NCBI GenBank assembly: GCA_963828885.1
Contig: CAWHGC010000016.1
Coordinates: 952-64,951, forward strand
Length of the DNA: 64,000 nucleotides
DNA from: an uncultured Actinomycetes bacterium
Lineage (GTDB): Bacteria; Actinomycetota; UBA4738; HRBIN12
Direction of reading: 5' to 3'
The notes under the pieces are model-generated. The model was not told the origin of the DNA. It saw only the letters and a program-made list of their open reading frames with translations, and did no database searches. Shown in pieces: positions 10,796 to 21,693 of this stretch. A program made the position numbers and the translations under genes. How positions within the stretch are numbered: position 1 is the first letter of the stretch; the number at the start of each line of letters is the position of its first letter.

Positions 10796-10824
10796 GACGC
10801 CAGCCTACGAGCCCGGCGGCTGCG

Positions 10825-12076
10825 CTAGTTCCCCTCGACGACCTGGTCGAAGATCTCGATGTAGGTCTGCAGCTGGTCGGGCGTGAACGTCGGCGTCGGG
10901 TGCAGGTTCGCGGCCTGCAGGTCGTCGGGCGGGAACAGCAGCGGGCTCGTCGCCAGCGTCTGGTAGTACGTGCGGTTCCCCGCCGACATCGAGGTGTCGT
11001 CGGCCTTCGCCTGCATGATCTCCTGCACGCCCTTCACCGGCGTCATGTACAGCACCCAGTCCGTCACGAGCGCCGCCATCTGCGGGTCGTAGTACCAGTC
11101 CATGTACGCATGCGCGTCGCGCGGGTGCTCGGCCTTCGCGGGGATCTCGCTGCACGTCGCCCAGATCAGCGCGCCGGTGTCGGGCACGACGAACTCGAGG
11201 TCGGGCGCCCCGCCCAGGTACTTGTAGTAGAAGATGTCGCCCGACCACGCCATCGAGGCCCACAGGTCGCCGCGCGTGAGGTCGTCGATGTAGTCCTGCC
11301 CGTAGTACTTGCGCAGCACGCCGGAGTCGCGCTGCTGCCGCAGCTTGTCGGCGGCCGCGTTCGCGTCGTCCTCGGTGGCGTCCTGCGGGTCGATGCCCAT
11401 CGACAGCCACGTGAGGCCGAACGTGTCGACCATCTCGGTCAGCATGCCCGACGTGGTTGGCGAGCTTCTCGTCGAACAGCTGGTCGAACGACGTGATCGT
11501 GCCGCCGACCTTGTCGGGGTAGTACGCGATGCCGGTCAGGCCGCCCTGCCACGGCACGCTGTAGCCGTTGCCCGGGTCGTACGCGGGATCCTTGAACGCC
11601 GGCAGCATGTTCGCCGAGGCCGTCGGCAGGAGCGACCAGTCGAGCGGGTCGAGCCAGCCCTGCTCGGCCATGCGCGTCACGACCCAGTCCGACAGCGAGA
11701 TGATGTCCCAGCCCGTCGCCTGCTCGGACTGCAGCTGCGGCACGAGCTCGGCGAAGAACGCCTGGTTGTCGTTGATGACGGTCTGGTAGTCGACCTGGAT
11801 GCCGGTGGCGTCCATGAACTTCTCGAGCGACGGGTGCGTGCCGCCCTTCTCCCGGTCGATGTACAGCGGCCACTGCGCGACCGAGAGCTGTTTCGCGAGG
11901 GGCGGCATCTCGCTCGGGCTCGCGCTGCCGCTGCTGAGGCCGGAGCTGGTGTCGGCGCCGCACGCGGCCAGCAACGACATGGCGGCCAGGCCCATGCCGC
12001 CGCGGCCCGACATGCGCAGCAGCTCGCGGCGGCTCATGCGCCGCATCGGCATGAACGGATCCCGGTGCTCGGTCAT
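10825..12076 (-). pseudogene. polyamine (spermidine/putrescine, PotD-like) ABC substrate-binding protein, one frame change
   Basis: The Tat/lipoprotein-like N-terminus (MTEHRDPFMPMRRMSRRELLR..LLAACG) and first lobe are in ORF 10805..12199. The second lobe is in ORF 10825..11445. The junction is at the CCC run 11447-11449 (..FDEKLANHVG|MLTEMVDTFG..). Confidence 0.8.
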
Positions 12077-12197
12077 CTGGCGATCGCTCCCCCGTGTCCG
12101 GATGCCCGCCCCTGCCGGCCGGGCCGCGTCTCGGGGCATCCTGCAACTAACCGAGCGCTTGGTCAAGATAGTGACCGGTGGTAACGTCCCGGCCGTC

Positions 12198-13085
12198 ATG
12201 AGCCGCCCGCTCTCGGTCCTCGGGTTCCAGCTTCGGCCGGTCGCCTACGACCCGGCCGGCACGCTCGACCGCTTCGAGGGGTACGCGAACCTCGCCCGGC
12301 GCGAGTTCCCCGGCTCGGACCTCTACCTGTTCCCCGAGCTGTACCTCACCGGCGAGGACCCCTTCACGCTCGATCCCCCGAAGGACTTCATGCGCGAGGT
12401 GGCCCAGGAGATCCCGGGACCGCTCACCGACCGCGTCGGCAAGATCGCCGCGAAGGTGCGGCGCTGGATCGTGGCCGGATCCGTGTTCGAGCGCGAGGGC
12501 TCCGAGGTCTACAACACGGCGCTCGTGTTCTCGCCGGAGGGCGACCTGGTCACCACCTACCGCAAGCTGTTCCCCTGGCAGCCCTTCGAGACCAGCACGC
12601 CCGGCGACGCGCCGCCGCCGGTCTTCGACATCCCCGGCGTCGGGCGGGCCGGCCTGATGATCTGCTACGACGGCTGGTTCCCGGAGGTGGCGCGCGGCCT
12701 CGCGCTGCGCGGCGCCGAGGTGATCCTGCACCCGACGCTCACCAGCACGCCCGACCGCGAGGAGGAGCTCGTGCTGGCGCGCGCGAACGCCATCGTGAAC
12801 CAGTGCTACGTCGTCAACATCAACATGGGCGGCACGATCGGCGGCGGCCGCAGCACCGCCGTCGACCCCGAGGGCAGGGTCCTGTACACGGCCGGCACCG
12901 GCGAGGCACTGCTGCCCGAGGTGCTCGACCTCGAGCGGGCGGCCGACGTCCGGGCGCGAGGCTCGCGCGGCCTCACGTCGCCGCTGCGCCACTTCCGCGA
13001 GGGCCCGGCCGCCGTGATGGAGCCCTACGACGAGCTGCGCGAGGGGCGCGACCTCGAGGGCGGCAGCCCCAGCGACCGCTCGTAG
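12198..13085 (+). CDS. carbon-nitrogen hydrolase (nitrilase superfamily)
   Basis: Starts MSRPLSVLGFQL within ORF 11799..13085. The CN-hydrolase catalytic context is present (FPELYLTGE, YRKLFPW, GLMICYDGWFPE). The frame is intact. Confidence 0.85.
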   Translation: MSRPLSVLGFQLRPVAYDPAGTLDRFEGYANLARREFPGSDLYLFPELYLTGEDPFTLDPPKDFMREVAQEIPGPLTDRVGKIAAKVRRWIVAGSVFEREGSEVYNTALVFSPEGDLVTTYRKLFPWQPFETSTPGDAPPPVFDIPGVGRAGLMICYDGWFPEVARGLALRGAEVILHPTLTSTPDREEELVLARANAIVNQCYVVNINMGGTIGGGRSTAVDPEGRVLYTAGTGEALLPEVLDLERAADVRARGSRGLTSPLRHFREGPAAVMEPYDELREGRDLEGGSPSDRS

Positions 13086-13651
13086 AGGCGCGTCAGCATC
13101 CGCGCGGTCGGCAGGTCGGGGTCCAGCGCCATCTGCTGCACGAGACCGTCGGCCGCCGACGCGAACGCGCCGCCGACGCTCTTCGCGTCGAGGCCGTCCA
13201 CACCGAGCTCCTCCCCCAGCTCCCGGAACAGCGTGACGAACGGCGCGCGCCATCGTGCGTACTCGGCGGCCAGGCGCTCGCGCAGCACCTCGTCGCCGAG
13301 CGCGTTCACGAGGACGGCGGTGTGCACGTGCATGGCCTCGCGCGTCGCGGGCTGCGCGACCCAGTCGATGACGGCCCGCATGCGCGCCCGCGCGGTGCCG
13401 GGGCCGTCGACGAGCTCCTCGAGCGGCTCGATCCAGTCGCGTCGTCCGTGCACGAGCAGCGCCAGCAGCAGGGCCCGCTTGTCGTCGAAGTGGTAGTGCA
13501 CCATGCCGTGCGAGACCTTCGCGAGCTCCGCGACGCGGCGGGTGGTGAACCGGTCGAGGCCCTCGTCGGCGAGGACGCGCCGGGCGGCGGCGAGGATGCG
13601 CTCGCGGGTGTCGGCGCCCTGCTGCGCCCGCGAGATCCGTGGTGCGGCCAT
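13025..13651 (-). CDS. TetR family transcriptional regulator
   Basis: Starts MAAPRISRAQQGADTRERIL within ORF 13025..13867. It has a TetR HTH (FTTRRVAELAKVSHGMVHYHF). Its 3' end overlaps the convergent hydrolase gene by about 60 nt. Confidence 0.85.
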   Translation of the reverse strand: MAAPRISRAQQGADTRERILAAARRVLADEGLDRFTTRRVAELAKVSHGMVHYHFDDKRALLLALLVHGRRDWIEPLEELVDGPGTARARMRAVIDWVAQPATREAMHVHTAVLVNALGDEVLRERLAAEYARWRAPFVTLFRELGEELGVDGLDAKSVGGAFASAADGLVQQMALDPDLPTARMLTRLYERSLGLPPSRSRPSRSSS

Positions 13652-13662
13652 CGCGGCGGAGC

Positions 13663-14401
13663 CTACCCCGCGCGGCGACGCCGGCGCGCGACGAGGAAGC
13701 CCGACCGCGCCTCCGACGACGATCGCGAGCACGCACTCGGTGAGGAACCCGCCCGGCAGGAGCGGACCGCCCGGGGCCGGCGTCGTCGCGACCGCGTCCG
13801 GCGAGGGCGACGGCGACGGGCTTCGACGCCAGCACCTTGATGTGGCGGGTCGGCCTCGCGTGCTCACCGAGGATGTCGCAGGTGCCCTGGTCCTGCGCGA
13901 CGACGGTCCAGCGCAGGCCGCTGTAGTCGAACCCGCTCAGGTCCGGATCGGGCATCACCATGCGCGAGGGGATCGTCATCGTCAGCGTGTCGCCGTCCAC
14001 CTCGCACGCCGTTCGTGAACGCGGTCGTCGGAGCGCTCCGGCAGCAGCAGCACGACGAGGCCGGGCGACGCGCTCACCGCGTCGAGGCGGAGGATCCGGT
14101 TCAGCCCGCGGTAGTAGTCGACCGACACCTCGGGCACCGAGGGGTCGTCGATCAGCACGTCCACGCGCAGCGGCCTGCCCTGCTCGTCGGGCAGGGGCAG
14201 CGGCTCGGAGAACGTGATCGTGAACCGGAGCGCGAGGCCCTCCTCGGCCGTCGTGCCGCTCGCGCGCAGGATGTCGATCGGGGCGTGGCGCTGGGGGATC
14301 GTCGTCCCGTCGCACGACACGAGGTCGGACGCCGGATCGGCCGCGCCCAGCAGCAGCGGGGCCAGCAGCACGACCGCGACCAGGGACCCGCGCCGGCGCA
14401 T
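13663..14401 (-). pseudogene. secreted/membrane-anchored hypothetical protein, three frame changes
   Basis: The signal peptide MRRRGSLVAVVLLAPLLLGA is in ORF 13982..15943. The middle (EVDGDTLTMTIPSRMV..GLRWTVVAQDQG) is in ORF 12147..14315. The Ser/Pro linker and TM segment are in ORF 13025..13867. A further shift gives ..AVGFLVARRRRRAG* ending at 13663. The start ATG overlaps the stop of the upstream gene (ATGA). Confidence 0.6.
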
Positions 14402-15886
14402 CAGGAGGTCGGACAGTCGCGGGGCTGCAGGATCAGCTTCTTGAAGTTGGGCTCGGCGTTGAAGTCGAACGCGCCCGCGAGCGGGCTCGCCTGCGCGTCG
14501 CGGTCGGTCATGGGGTCGAGGCCGTGCAGCTCCTCGATGAACCGCAGCACGGAGGAGAACTCGTACACGGTGCTGTCGATCGACCCGCCGTCGGGGTTGT
14601 CGCCGGCGACCGTGTACGGGGAGATGATGAGCCCCGGCGTACGCGGCCCCAGGCCCATCACGTCGTAGTGCGGCGGCACGACGTGGTCGTAGAAGCCCCC
14701 GAAGTCGTCCCAGACGATCACGATGGCGGTGCTCTTCCAGTACTTCGACTGCATGACCGCGTTCACGTGCTCGACGGTCCAGTTCTCGCCGACGCAGACG
14801 TTCGTGCCGGCCCCCGGATGCTCGTTCGCGCTGCCCTCGGGCGGGATCAGCCACGAGACCGCCGGCAGGTCGCCGTCCTTCAGGTCCGTCAGGATCTGGT
14901 CGGGCTCCTGCACGTTCTGCCACATGGGCCCGAACCGGACGTGCCGGATCGCCTGCAGCCCGTTCATCCACTGGTCCGGCAGGCCGTAGTACTTCCAGCT
15001 GACGCCGGCCGCCTCCAGCTCGTCGGGCAGGACCTTGATGTTGAAGCAGGTCCGCGTGTCCTCCCAGTACTGCGCGATCCGGATCAGCTGGTCGGGGATC
15101 TCGTCGGTGATGTGGTCCTCGAGCTTCATGATGTTGTTGACGTCGCGCTTCGACAGGTGGTCCTTGAACTTCTTCGTGTACTCCAGCGGATCGTCGCAGT
15201 AGCTGCCCGGTGTGTCCGCGTTGCTCTTGTTGTCGACGACGCCGTTGGACTGCGCGGCCACCGTGTACAGGTGCTCGGGGAACGTGGGGCCGTACATGCT
15301 GGTGAAGAAGTGGTCGGCCAGGACGAAGCGGTCGGCGTAGGCCCAGTAGTTCGGCAGCGTCTTGCGCGAGTGCTGCACGTACCCGGTCATGTCGTCGCCC
15401 TCGCCGATGATGTTGAAGCCGTTCATCTGGCCGCCGTTGATCGCGTACAGGCCGCTCGAGAAGCCGTGCGTGATGTCGTGCGGCTGGACGTACGGCGCCG
15501 GCTTCAGCGGGTAGTCGGGCCCGGGAACGCACCCGTTCGCCTCGCGTGCACTGCAGGGTCTCGCCGACCGTGGCGCCGTCGGCGCCCGGGTACAGCCCGA
15601 AGTAGTGATCGAAGGTGCGGTTCTCCTTCACCATGAAGATCACGTGCTTGATGGGGTTCTTGCCCGGCACGATGGTGGTGGGGTCGGCTCGGTCCAGCCG
15701 GATGCCGACTGCCCCGGGACTCTGGCCCGCCGTCTGCGCGCCGCTCGATGTCGGCCAGAACCTCCAGACGCTGAACGCCAGCAGGACCACCAGGAAGACC
15801 ACGAACGCGCGGCGCCGCGCGATCTGCTGGCGGGTCGGGCGGCGGCGCGAGGCCGGCCGGATCAGCGGTCCCGTCCCTCGTTGCAT
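14401..15886 (-). pseudogene. phosphoesterase family protein (phospholipase C / AcpA-like), at least one frame change
   Basis: The N-terminus with TM segment and KHVIFMVKENRTFDHYFG is in ORF 13982..15943. The remaining about 370 aa are in the frame of ORF 14401..15426. The junction is near 15548 (..GETLQCT|EANGCVPGPDYPLKP..). Confidence 0.8.
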
Positions 15887-15896
15887 CCGGGCGAGT

Positions 15897-17303
15897 CTAC
15901 CCATCCCCCGCAGGTCGGGTGGACATGGTTCGCAGCAGGTCACGCAGGTCGTTCAGCGCGCCGAGGTACGCCGGATCGCCGGCGCGGTTCCGCATCTCGA
16001 ACGGGTCGGCGGACCCCATGGCGCCGGTCAGGTCGTACAGCTCCTCGAAGCTCCCGGTCCGGATGTACGCGAGGTCGGCGGTGCGCACGCCCGTCCACGC
16101 CGGGCACGGTCGCGTCGCCGTGGTACTCGGTGAGGACGGCCGGCCGTGACGGGGCGGGACCCTCGCCCGTCAGCAACGGGCGCCAGGTCCACCCCGTCGG
16201 TCGGCGCCGGCGGCAGGCCCGCCAGCGACGCGATCGTCGGCGCCAGGTCCACGTTCGACACGAGCGCCGGGTCGGTGCCGGCGGGCGGCCTCGGGCACGT
16301 ACACGGCGAACGGCGTGCGCACGCACTCCACGTACGGGCACGACTTGGCGGTCAGGCCGTGCTCGCCGAACTCGAGGCCGTTGTCGGTGAGGAAGAAGAT
16401 GACGGTGCGGCCGAGGTCGCCGCGGGCGGCGACCTCGTCCACGATCTGGCGGACGGCGTCGTCGACGGCGAGGAGCGTCTGCCGCTCGCGGATGCGGGCG
16501 GCGTCCAGCGCGGCGGCTCGCCCGGGACCGATCGGCGGCAGGTCGCGGATCCACGGCGGCTTGCCCTCGACGTCGGAGGCGCCGAAGCTCGGCGGCCGCG
16601 GCAGCTCGAGTCCGTCGAACGCATCCGCGTACCGCGGCGCCGGCGTCTGCGGGGCGTGCGGCGCGCTCGGCGTGAACAGCAGGAAGTACGGCTGCGAGGC
16701 GGGCGCCGTGCGCACGAAGGCGGCGGCCTCGCGCGCGAGGAGGTCGGTCGCGTAGTCCGCCGGCGCGAGGCCGCCGGTCAACGGCACCCCCTGGTCGACG
16801 AGGGGATAGCCGTAGTACGTGGTGGCGGCCGAGCGGTTGCCCTTGCCCACCCATCGATCCCAGCCCGGCGGCACGTACGGGCCGCGCCCGAACGGGTAGC
16901 GGTTCAGGTACTTCCCGATCAGCCCGGTGCGGTAGCCGGCGTCGTGCAGCCGGACGGCGAGCGTGGCGCTCTCGTCCAGCAGGTGGCCGTCGCCGTTGTC
17001 CTGCACGCCGGTGTGGTGCGAGTACAGGCCGGTGAGGAGCGTCGCGCGCGAGGGACAGCACAGCGGGGTGTTCACGAAGGCGTTCGGGAACCACGTCCAG
17101 TGGTCCTGCGGGTCGGCGATCCGTGCCTGGAGCCAGGGCATCGCCGGGGGATCCGAGGGCAGCGTGTCGATGGACTGGTCGTCGGTGAGGATGACGATCA
17201 CGTTCGGCCGTGGGTCGTCCGCGCGAGCCGGGACCCGCCCGGGGAACGCGGCGGCGGCGGTCAGGACCAGCAGGGCGGCGGCGAGGGCACTCGTCCGTCG
17301 CAG
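15897..17303 (-). pseudogene. Cys-type sulfatase, three frame changes and no canonical start codon
   Basis: The core is in ORF 16170..17201 (PNVIVILTDDQ, LCCPSRATLLTG). The C-terminal part is spread over ORFs 16028..16261, 15940..17094 and 15897..16088, with junctions near 16270, 16185 and 16095. The in-frame signal peptide LRRTSALAAALLVLTAAAAFP begins at CTG (17301-17303), with no ATG/GTG/TTG upstream of 17201. Confidence 0.8.
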
Positions 17304-17316
17304 ACTGTGCCCGGCG

Positions 17317-18098
17317 TCACGCTCGCTTTCGGACCTTCCAGATGTTCTCGGCCGGGAAGCGCCGGGCCCACTCGATCGGCGCGAAGTCCCCGTACGTGGT
17401 GGTGGCGCCCTCCGGCGGTTGCAGCTCGATCAGGTCCTCGACCTCGAGGCCGTTCGCGCGGAACAGCCGGATCCACCCGCCGTACGTGCAGCTGGAACTC
17501 GGTCGTCGGTGGAGCCGTCCTCCTCGTAGACGTGACTGAACATGCCGTAGTAGTCGCGGCGGAGCTCGAGGCCGCGGGCGGATCGTCGCCCTCACCCCAC
17601 GCGAGCCACAGCAGCGGGCTCGCCATGTTGAACACGAACCGCCCGCCGGGCCGCAGCACGCGAGCGACCTCGGGCACGGCGCGCGTCGGGTCGGCGAACG
17701 TCATCACGCCGTGATCGCAGAAGACCAGATCGAAGCTCGCGTCCCGGAACGGGATGCGCTCGCCGTCGGCCTCGACGACGGGGAACCGGACGCCGGACGC
17801 CTCCATGTTCGCCAGCCCCTGTCGCAGCTGCGCGTGCGAGAAATCCAGACCCGTCACGCGAGCCCCCCGCATCGCGACCTTGATGCCGAACTGGCAGGCG
17901 CCGCAGCCGAACTCGAGCGCGTCCAGACCCGCTCACGTCGCCGAGCGCGCGGACCTCGTCCTCGGGGATGTCGAAGGTTCCCCACCCGAGACGGTCCCAC
18001 CGGTTCAGCTGCGATGCGTTGCGCTCCTGGTACGCCGCGCTGTCGTCCTCCCACCCGGCGCGGTTGTCCCGGACGTGGTCTTCGGTCGAACCCGTCAT
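17317..18098 (-). pseudogene. class I SAM-dependent methyltransferase, about four frame changes
   Basis: The N-terminus MTGSTEDHVRDNRAGWEDD is in ORF 17592..18761. The SAM-binding core (LDALEFGCGAC, LVFCDHGVMTF, LRPGGRFVF) is in ORF 17261..17872. The C-terminus (..GGWIRLFRANGLEVEDLIEL..) is in ORF 17317..17595. Junctions are near 17930, 17575, 17505 and 17490. Confidence 0.7.
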
Positions 18099-18761
18099 CG
18101 GTCGAGCCACCCACCCTCCGTCTCGTGCCGCGCGGCCACGAGGCCGGCCGCGATCGACAGCGCGATCTCCTCGGGCTCCCGGCCGCCGAGGTCCAGGCCG
18201 AGCGGGCTGCGGATGCGCGCGAGCTCGCTCGTCGTCGAAGCCGAGCGCCCGCAGCTCCTCCACGTAGTGCGCGACGTGCCGGCGGCTGCCCATCACGCCG
18301 ACGAAGCGCACGGGCGATCGCAGCAGGATCGCGAGCGTCTCGGTGACGCCGGGCGCGTCGTGGTCGGTGAGGACGGCCTCGCCGTAGGTGCCCAGGTCGA
18401 GGTCGGCGACGCTCGCGACGGCCGGGCCGTCGGCGGCGCCCACGCGCTCCGCCCTCGGCTCGACGAGCGTCACCTCCGTGCCGAGCCGCTGCATGGCGGC
18501 CCGCAGGTGGCGGGCGACGTCGGTCGCCGACACCACGATGAGCCGGTCCGGCTCGGCGTGCGGCTCGAAGAAGACCTCCACGTCGCCGAGGTCGTGGTGC
18601 AGGGTGCGGGTCTCCGCCCGGCCCGAGGCCAGCACCTCCGCCGCGGCCTCGACGGCCGCCGCGTCGAACTCCGCGCAACCGAGCGTGCCGTGCACCTCGC
18701 CGCCCGGCACGATCGACATCCGGTTGCCGACGGCGCACGGCGGCGTGCCGATCACCTTCAC
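18095..18761 (-). pseudogene. XdhC/CoxI family accessory protein, one frame change
   Basis: ORF 17592..18761 reads XdhC-like up to ..YVEELRALGFDDE. An extra base near 18227 moves the rest (ELARIRSPLGLDLGGREPEEIALSIAAGLVAARHE..LDR*) to another frame that ends at 18095. The start is a GTG overlapping the mog stop, and the stop overlaps the next ATG. Confidence 0.7.
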
Positions 18762-19291
18762 GGCGGTGGCGTCGACGCGCGGGCCCTAGCGGCCTCGTGG
18801 CCGGTGGGATGCGCGCCGGTCGCGCCGCCGAGCAGCTCGACGGCGTGCGGGACGACCTCGAGGATCGCCTCCAGCGATTCGCGTACCCCCTTCGGGCTGC
18901 CGGGCAGGTTCACGATCAGCGTGCCGCCGACGCTGCCGACGACGGCCCGCGACAGCGCCGCCATCGGCGTGTGCTCGAGGCCGGCCGCCCGCATCAGCTC
19001 GGCGAGGCCCGGCGCCTCCCGGTCGATGACGGCGCGGGTGGCCTCGGGCGTGACGTCGCGCGGCCCGAAGCCCGTGCCGCCGGTCGTGACGATCAGCGCG
19101 TGGCCGGCGGCCAGCGAGCGCAGGGCGCCCTCGATCTCCGGCCGTTCGTCCGGCACGACGGTGCGCGTGGCCACGTCGAAGCCGGCCTCGCGCAGGAGGT
19201 CCTCGGCCTCGGCGCCCGACGCGTCCTCGCGCGTGCCGTGCGCGACGCCGTCGCTCACCGTCACGACCGCCGCCGCCCTGCGTGCGTCCAT
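18758..19291 (-). CDS. molybdenum cofactor biosynthesis protein, MoaB/Mog family
   Basis: Starts MDARRAAAVVTVSDG in ORF 18758..21064. It has the MoaB/Mog signature region TTGGTGFGPRDVTPEAT and ..IVNLPGSPKG. The frame is intact. Confidence 0.85.
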   Translation of the reverse strand: MDARRAAAVVTVSDGVAHGTREDASGAEAEDLLREAGFDVATRTVVPDERPEIEGALRSLAAGHALIVTTGGTGFGPRDVTPEATRAVIDREAPGLAELMRAAGLEHTPMAALSRAVVGSVGGTLIVNLPGSPKGVRESLEAILEVVPHAVELLGGATGAHPTGHEAARARASTPPP

Positions 19292-19356
19292 GCGGCCTAT
19301 CCTGCCACCAGGCGGGGGAGGCTGACCCTCGCGGGCGAGAGGGAGGGGAACCCCGG

Positions 19357-20523
19357 ATGGAATGGCTGGACCGGCTCGCGGAGGCGCTGGGCGAGGAGAC
19401 CCTGTCGGGACAGGAGATCGACCGGCTGCTGCAGAGCTCGCGCGAGGTCGCCCACCGGGTCGAACGCAAGGCCACGCCGCTCGCCGCGTACCTCGTCGGC
19501 GTCGCGGTCGGCCGGAGCGTCGCGCAGGGCGCCGCCCGCGAGGCCGCCTTCGACACCGCGCTCGACGCCGTGCTCGTGCGGCTGCCCGACCCACCACCGG
19601 AGCGACGAGCAGAGGCCGGTGGAGATCCGCCAGGTGTCCGGCCCCGAGGACCAGCGCGTCTGCGCGACATCTTCGTGCGCGCGATGGACGCTCTCCACGA
19701 ACCGCAGGGGCAGCCACCCATGGACACCTCGGACATGGGATGGCTGCCGGAATCGATCGCGTACTTCGCCGAGGCCGACCCGGAGGGCCTCGTCCTCGCC
19801 GTCGAGGACGGCGCGCCGGTCGCCTTCGGGTGCGCGATGCGCCGCGAGCGGTTCTGGTTCCTCTCGTACCTGTTCGTCCTCCCGGATGCGCAGGCCAGGG
19901 GCGTCGGGCGCGCGCTCCTCGAGCATCTCCTCCCGCCCGAGGCCGAGCGCTCGTCGATGGATCTCGCGACGGTCGTCGAGTCGCGCCAGCCGGTCTCGAC
20001 GATGCTCTACAGCCGGTACGGCATCGTGCCGCAGACACCGCTGTACTGGATGACCCACCTGCCCGGCATCGAGGGCCTGCCGCCGCTCGCCGCCGGTGTG
20101 CACGCCCGCGCGATCGAGCTGGAGACCGACGGTGAGGCCATCGACGCGCTCGACCGGGCGCTGCTCGGCTACACGCGGCCGCAGGATCATCGGATGTGGG
20201 TGCAGCGGTCGAAGACCGCCCGCGTCTACCTCGGGGACGACGGGTCGCTCGCCGGCTACGGCTACCACGGATCCGACGACTGGCTGACCCCGCTGGCCGC
20301 GCGCGACGAGGCGCTCGTCGCCGGCATGATCCGGGACCTGCTCGAGGCCCACGCGGGCCCGACGAACGACCTGGTCGTGCAGATCTCGGGAGGCTCGGCC
20401 GTCCTGCTGCCTCAGCTGCTGGCGGCCGGCATGCGCTCGGACGAGGGCGCCCAGATGATCTACTGCTCGACCGGCCGGGTGCCGGGGCCGGGGTACCTCC
20501 TGTATGCCGGCTACCACCCGTGA
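19357..20523 (+). CDS. DUF6457-like N-terminal domain fused in one ORF to a GNAT-like acetyltransferase region
   Basis: Starts MEWLDRLAEALGEE (GGGAGGGG upstream) in ORF 19282..20523. The later part has a GNAT-like core (FLSYLFVLPDAQARGVGRALLEH). An alternative frame at about 19610-19665 reads VEIRQVSGPEDQRV, like a GNAT first strand. The fusion may therefore hide a frame problem; this is unresolved. Confidence 0.6.
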   Translation: MEWLDRLAEALGEETLSGQEIDRLLQSSREVAHRVERKATPLAAYLVGVAVGRSVAQGAAREAAFDTALDAVLVRLPDPPPERRAEAGGDPPGVRPRGPARLRDIFVRAMDALHEPQGQPPMDTSDMGWLPESIAYFAEADPEGLVLAVEDGAPVAFGCAMRRERFWFLSYLFVLPDAQARGVGRALLEHLLPPEAERSSMDLATVVESRQPVSTMLYSRYGIVPQTPLYWMTHLPGIEGLPPLAAGVHARAIELETDGEAIDALDRALLGYTRPQDHRMWVQRSKTARVYLGDDGSLAGYGYHGSDDWLTPLAARDEALVAGMIRDLLEAHAGPTNDLVVQISGGSAVLLPQLLAAGMRSDEGAQMIYCSTGRVPGPGYLLYAGYHP

Positions 20524-20540
20524 CCGGGTAGGCTGACCGC

Positions 20541-21552
20541 ATGACAGAACCCGCTCCCCCGCTCGACGGCCCGCTGATCGACACGTTCGGCCGCGTCGCC
20601 GACGACCTGCGCGTCTCCGTCACCGACCGGTGCAACTTCCGCTGCACGTACTGCATGCCGGCGGAGGGCCTCGCGTGGCTGCCGAAGGAGGAGATCCTCA
20701 CCTTCGAGGAGCTGACGCGGCTGCTCGGCATCTTCGTGGGACTCGGCGTCCGGTCGATCAAGGTGACGGGCGGCGAGCCGACCGTGCGCGCCGACCTCCC
20801 GACGCTCGTGCGGATGTTCCGCGGTGTCGGGCCCGACCTCGACATCTCCATCACGACGAACGGCGTGCTGCTGGACCGCCTCGCGGCACCGCTCGCCGCC
20901 GCCGGTGTGGACCGCGCGACGGTCAGCTGCGACTCGCTCCTGCGGCACCGGTTCGCCGACATGACCCGCCGCGACATGCTCGACAAGGTCCTGTCGGGCC
21001 TGCGGGCGGCCGAGGCGGCCGGTCTCACACCCATCAAGATCAACGTGGTCGTGATCGGCGGCACGAACGACGACGAGGTCGTCGACTTCGCGCGGTGGAG
21101 CCGCGAGACCGGCTACGAGGTGCGGTTCATCGAGTACATGCCGCTGGACGCCGAGCACGCGTGGGAGCGCGCGAAGGTCGTGCCGTCGGCGCGCATCCTC
21201 GAGTCGATCGACGCCGTGTACCCGTTGGCGTCCACCGCAACCGACGCCGAGCCGGCCACGCTGTACCGGTTCGCCGACGGCGAGCGGGGCGCGATCGGCG
21301 TGATCGCGAGCGTGACGGAGCCGTTCTGCGACACGTGCAACCGGCTGCGGCTCACCGCCGAGGGCATGGTGCGATCGTGCCTGTTCGCACTCGAGGAGAC
21401 GGACCTGCGCGAGCCGATGCGCGCGGGTGCCTCCGACGACGAGCTCGCCGCGCTGATCCGCGCGGGCCGTGTGGGCGAAGTGGTCCGGCCACCGCGTGAA
21501 CCACCCGGACTTCGTGCAGCCCGCCCGCAGCATGTCCATGATCGGCGGCTGA
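20541..21552 (+). CDS. moaA: GTP 3',8-cyclase MoaA with a frame disruption about 30 codons before the stop
   Basis: It has the radical-SAM motif CNFRCTYCMP and the C-terminal cluster motif CDTCNRLRLTAEG. The listed ORF 20541..21767 turns Pro/Arg-rich after ..LAALIRAG. Removing one G at 21463-21465 gives AVWAKWSGHRVNHPDFVQPARSMSMIGG* ending at 21552. Confidence 0.85.
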
Positions 21553-21693
21553 GCCGCCCCGAAGGGTTCCCCCGACACGACCCCACGGCGCCACCCGGCG
21601 TTCACTCTCCGTCGCTAGCGTTCGGGCCGACGGGAAGGACGCGCCCCCTTTCCGAGCGGGGGGCCGGGCACGCCCGGCTCCCCGCGCCCCCCT

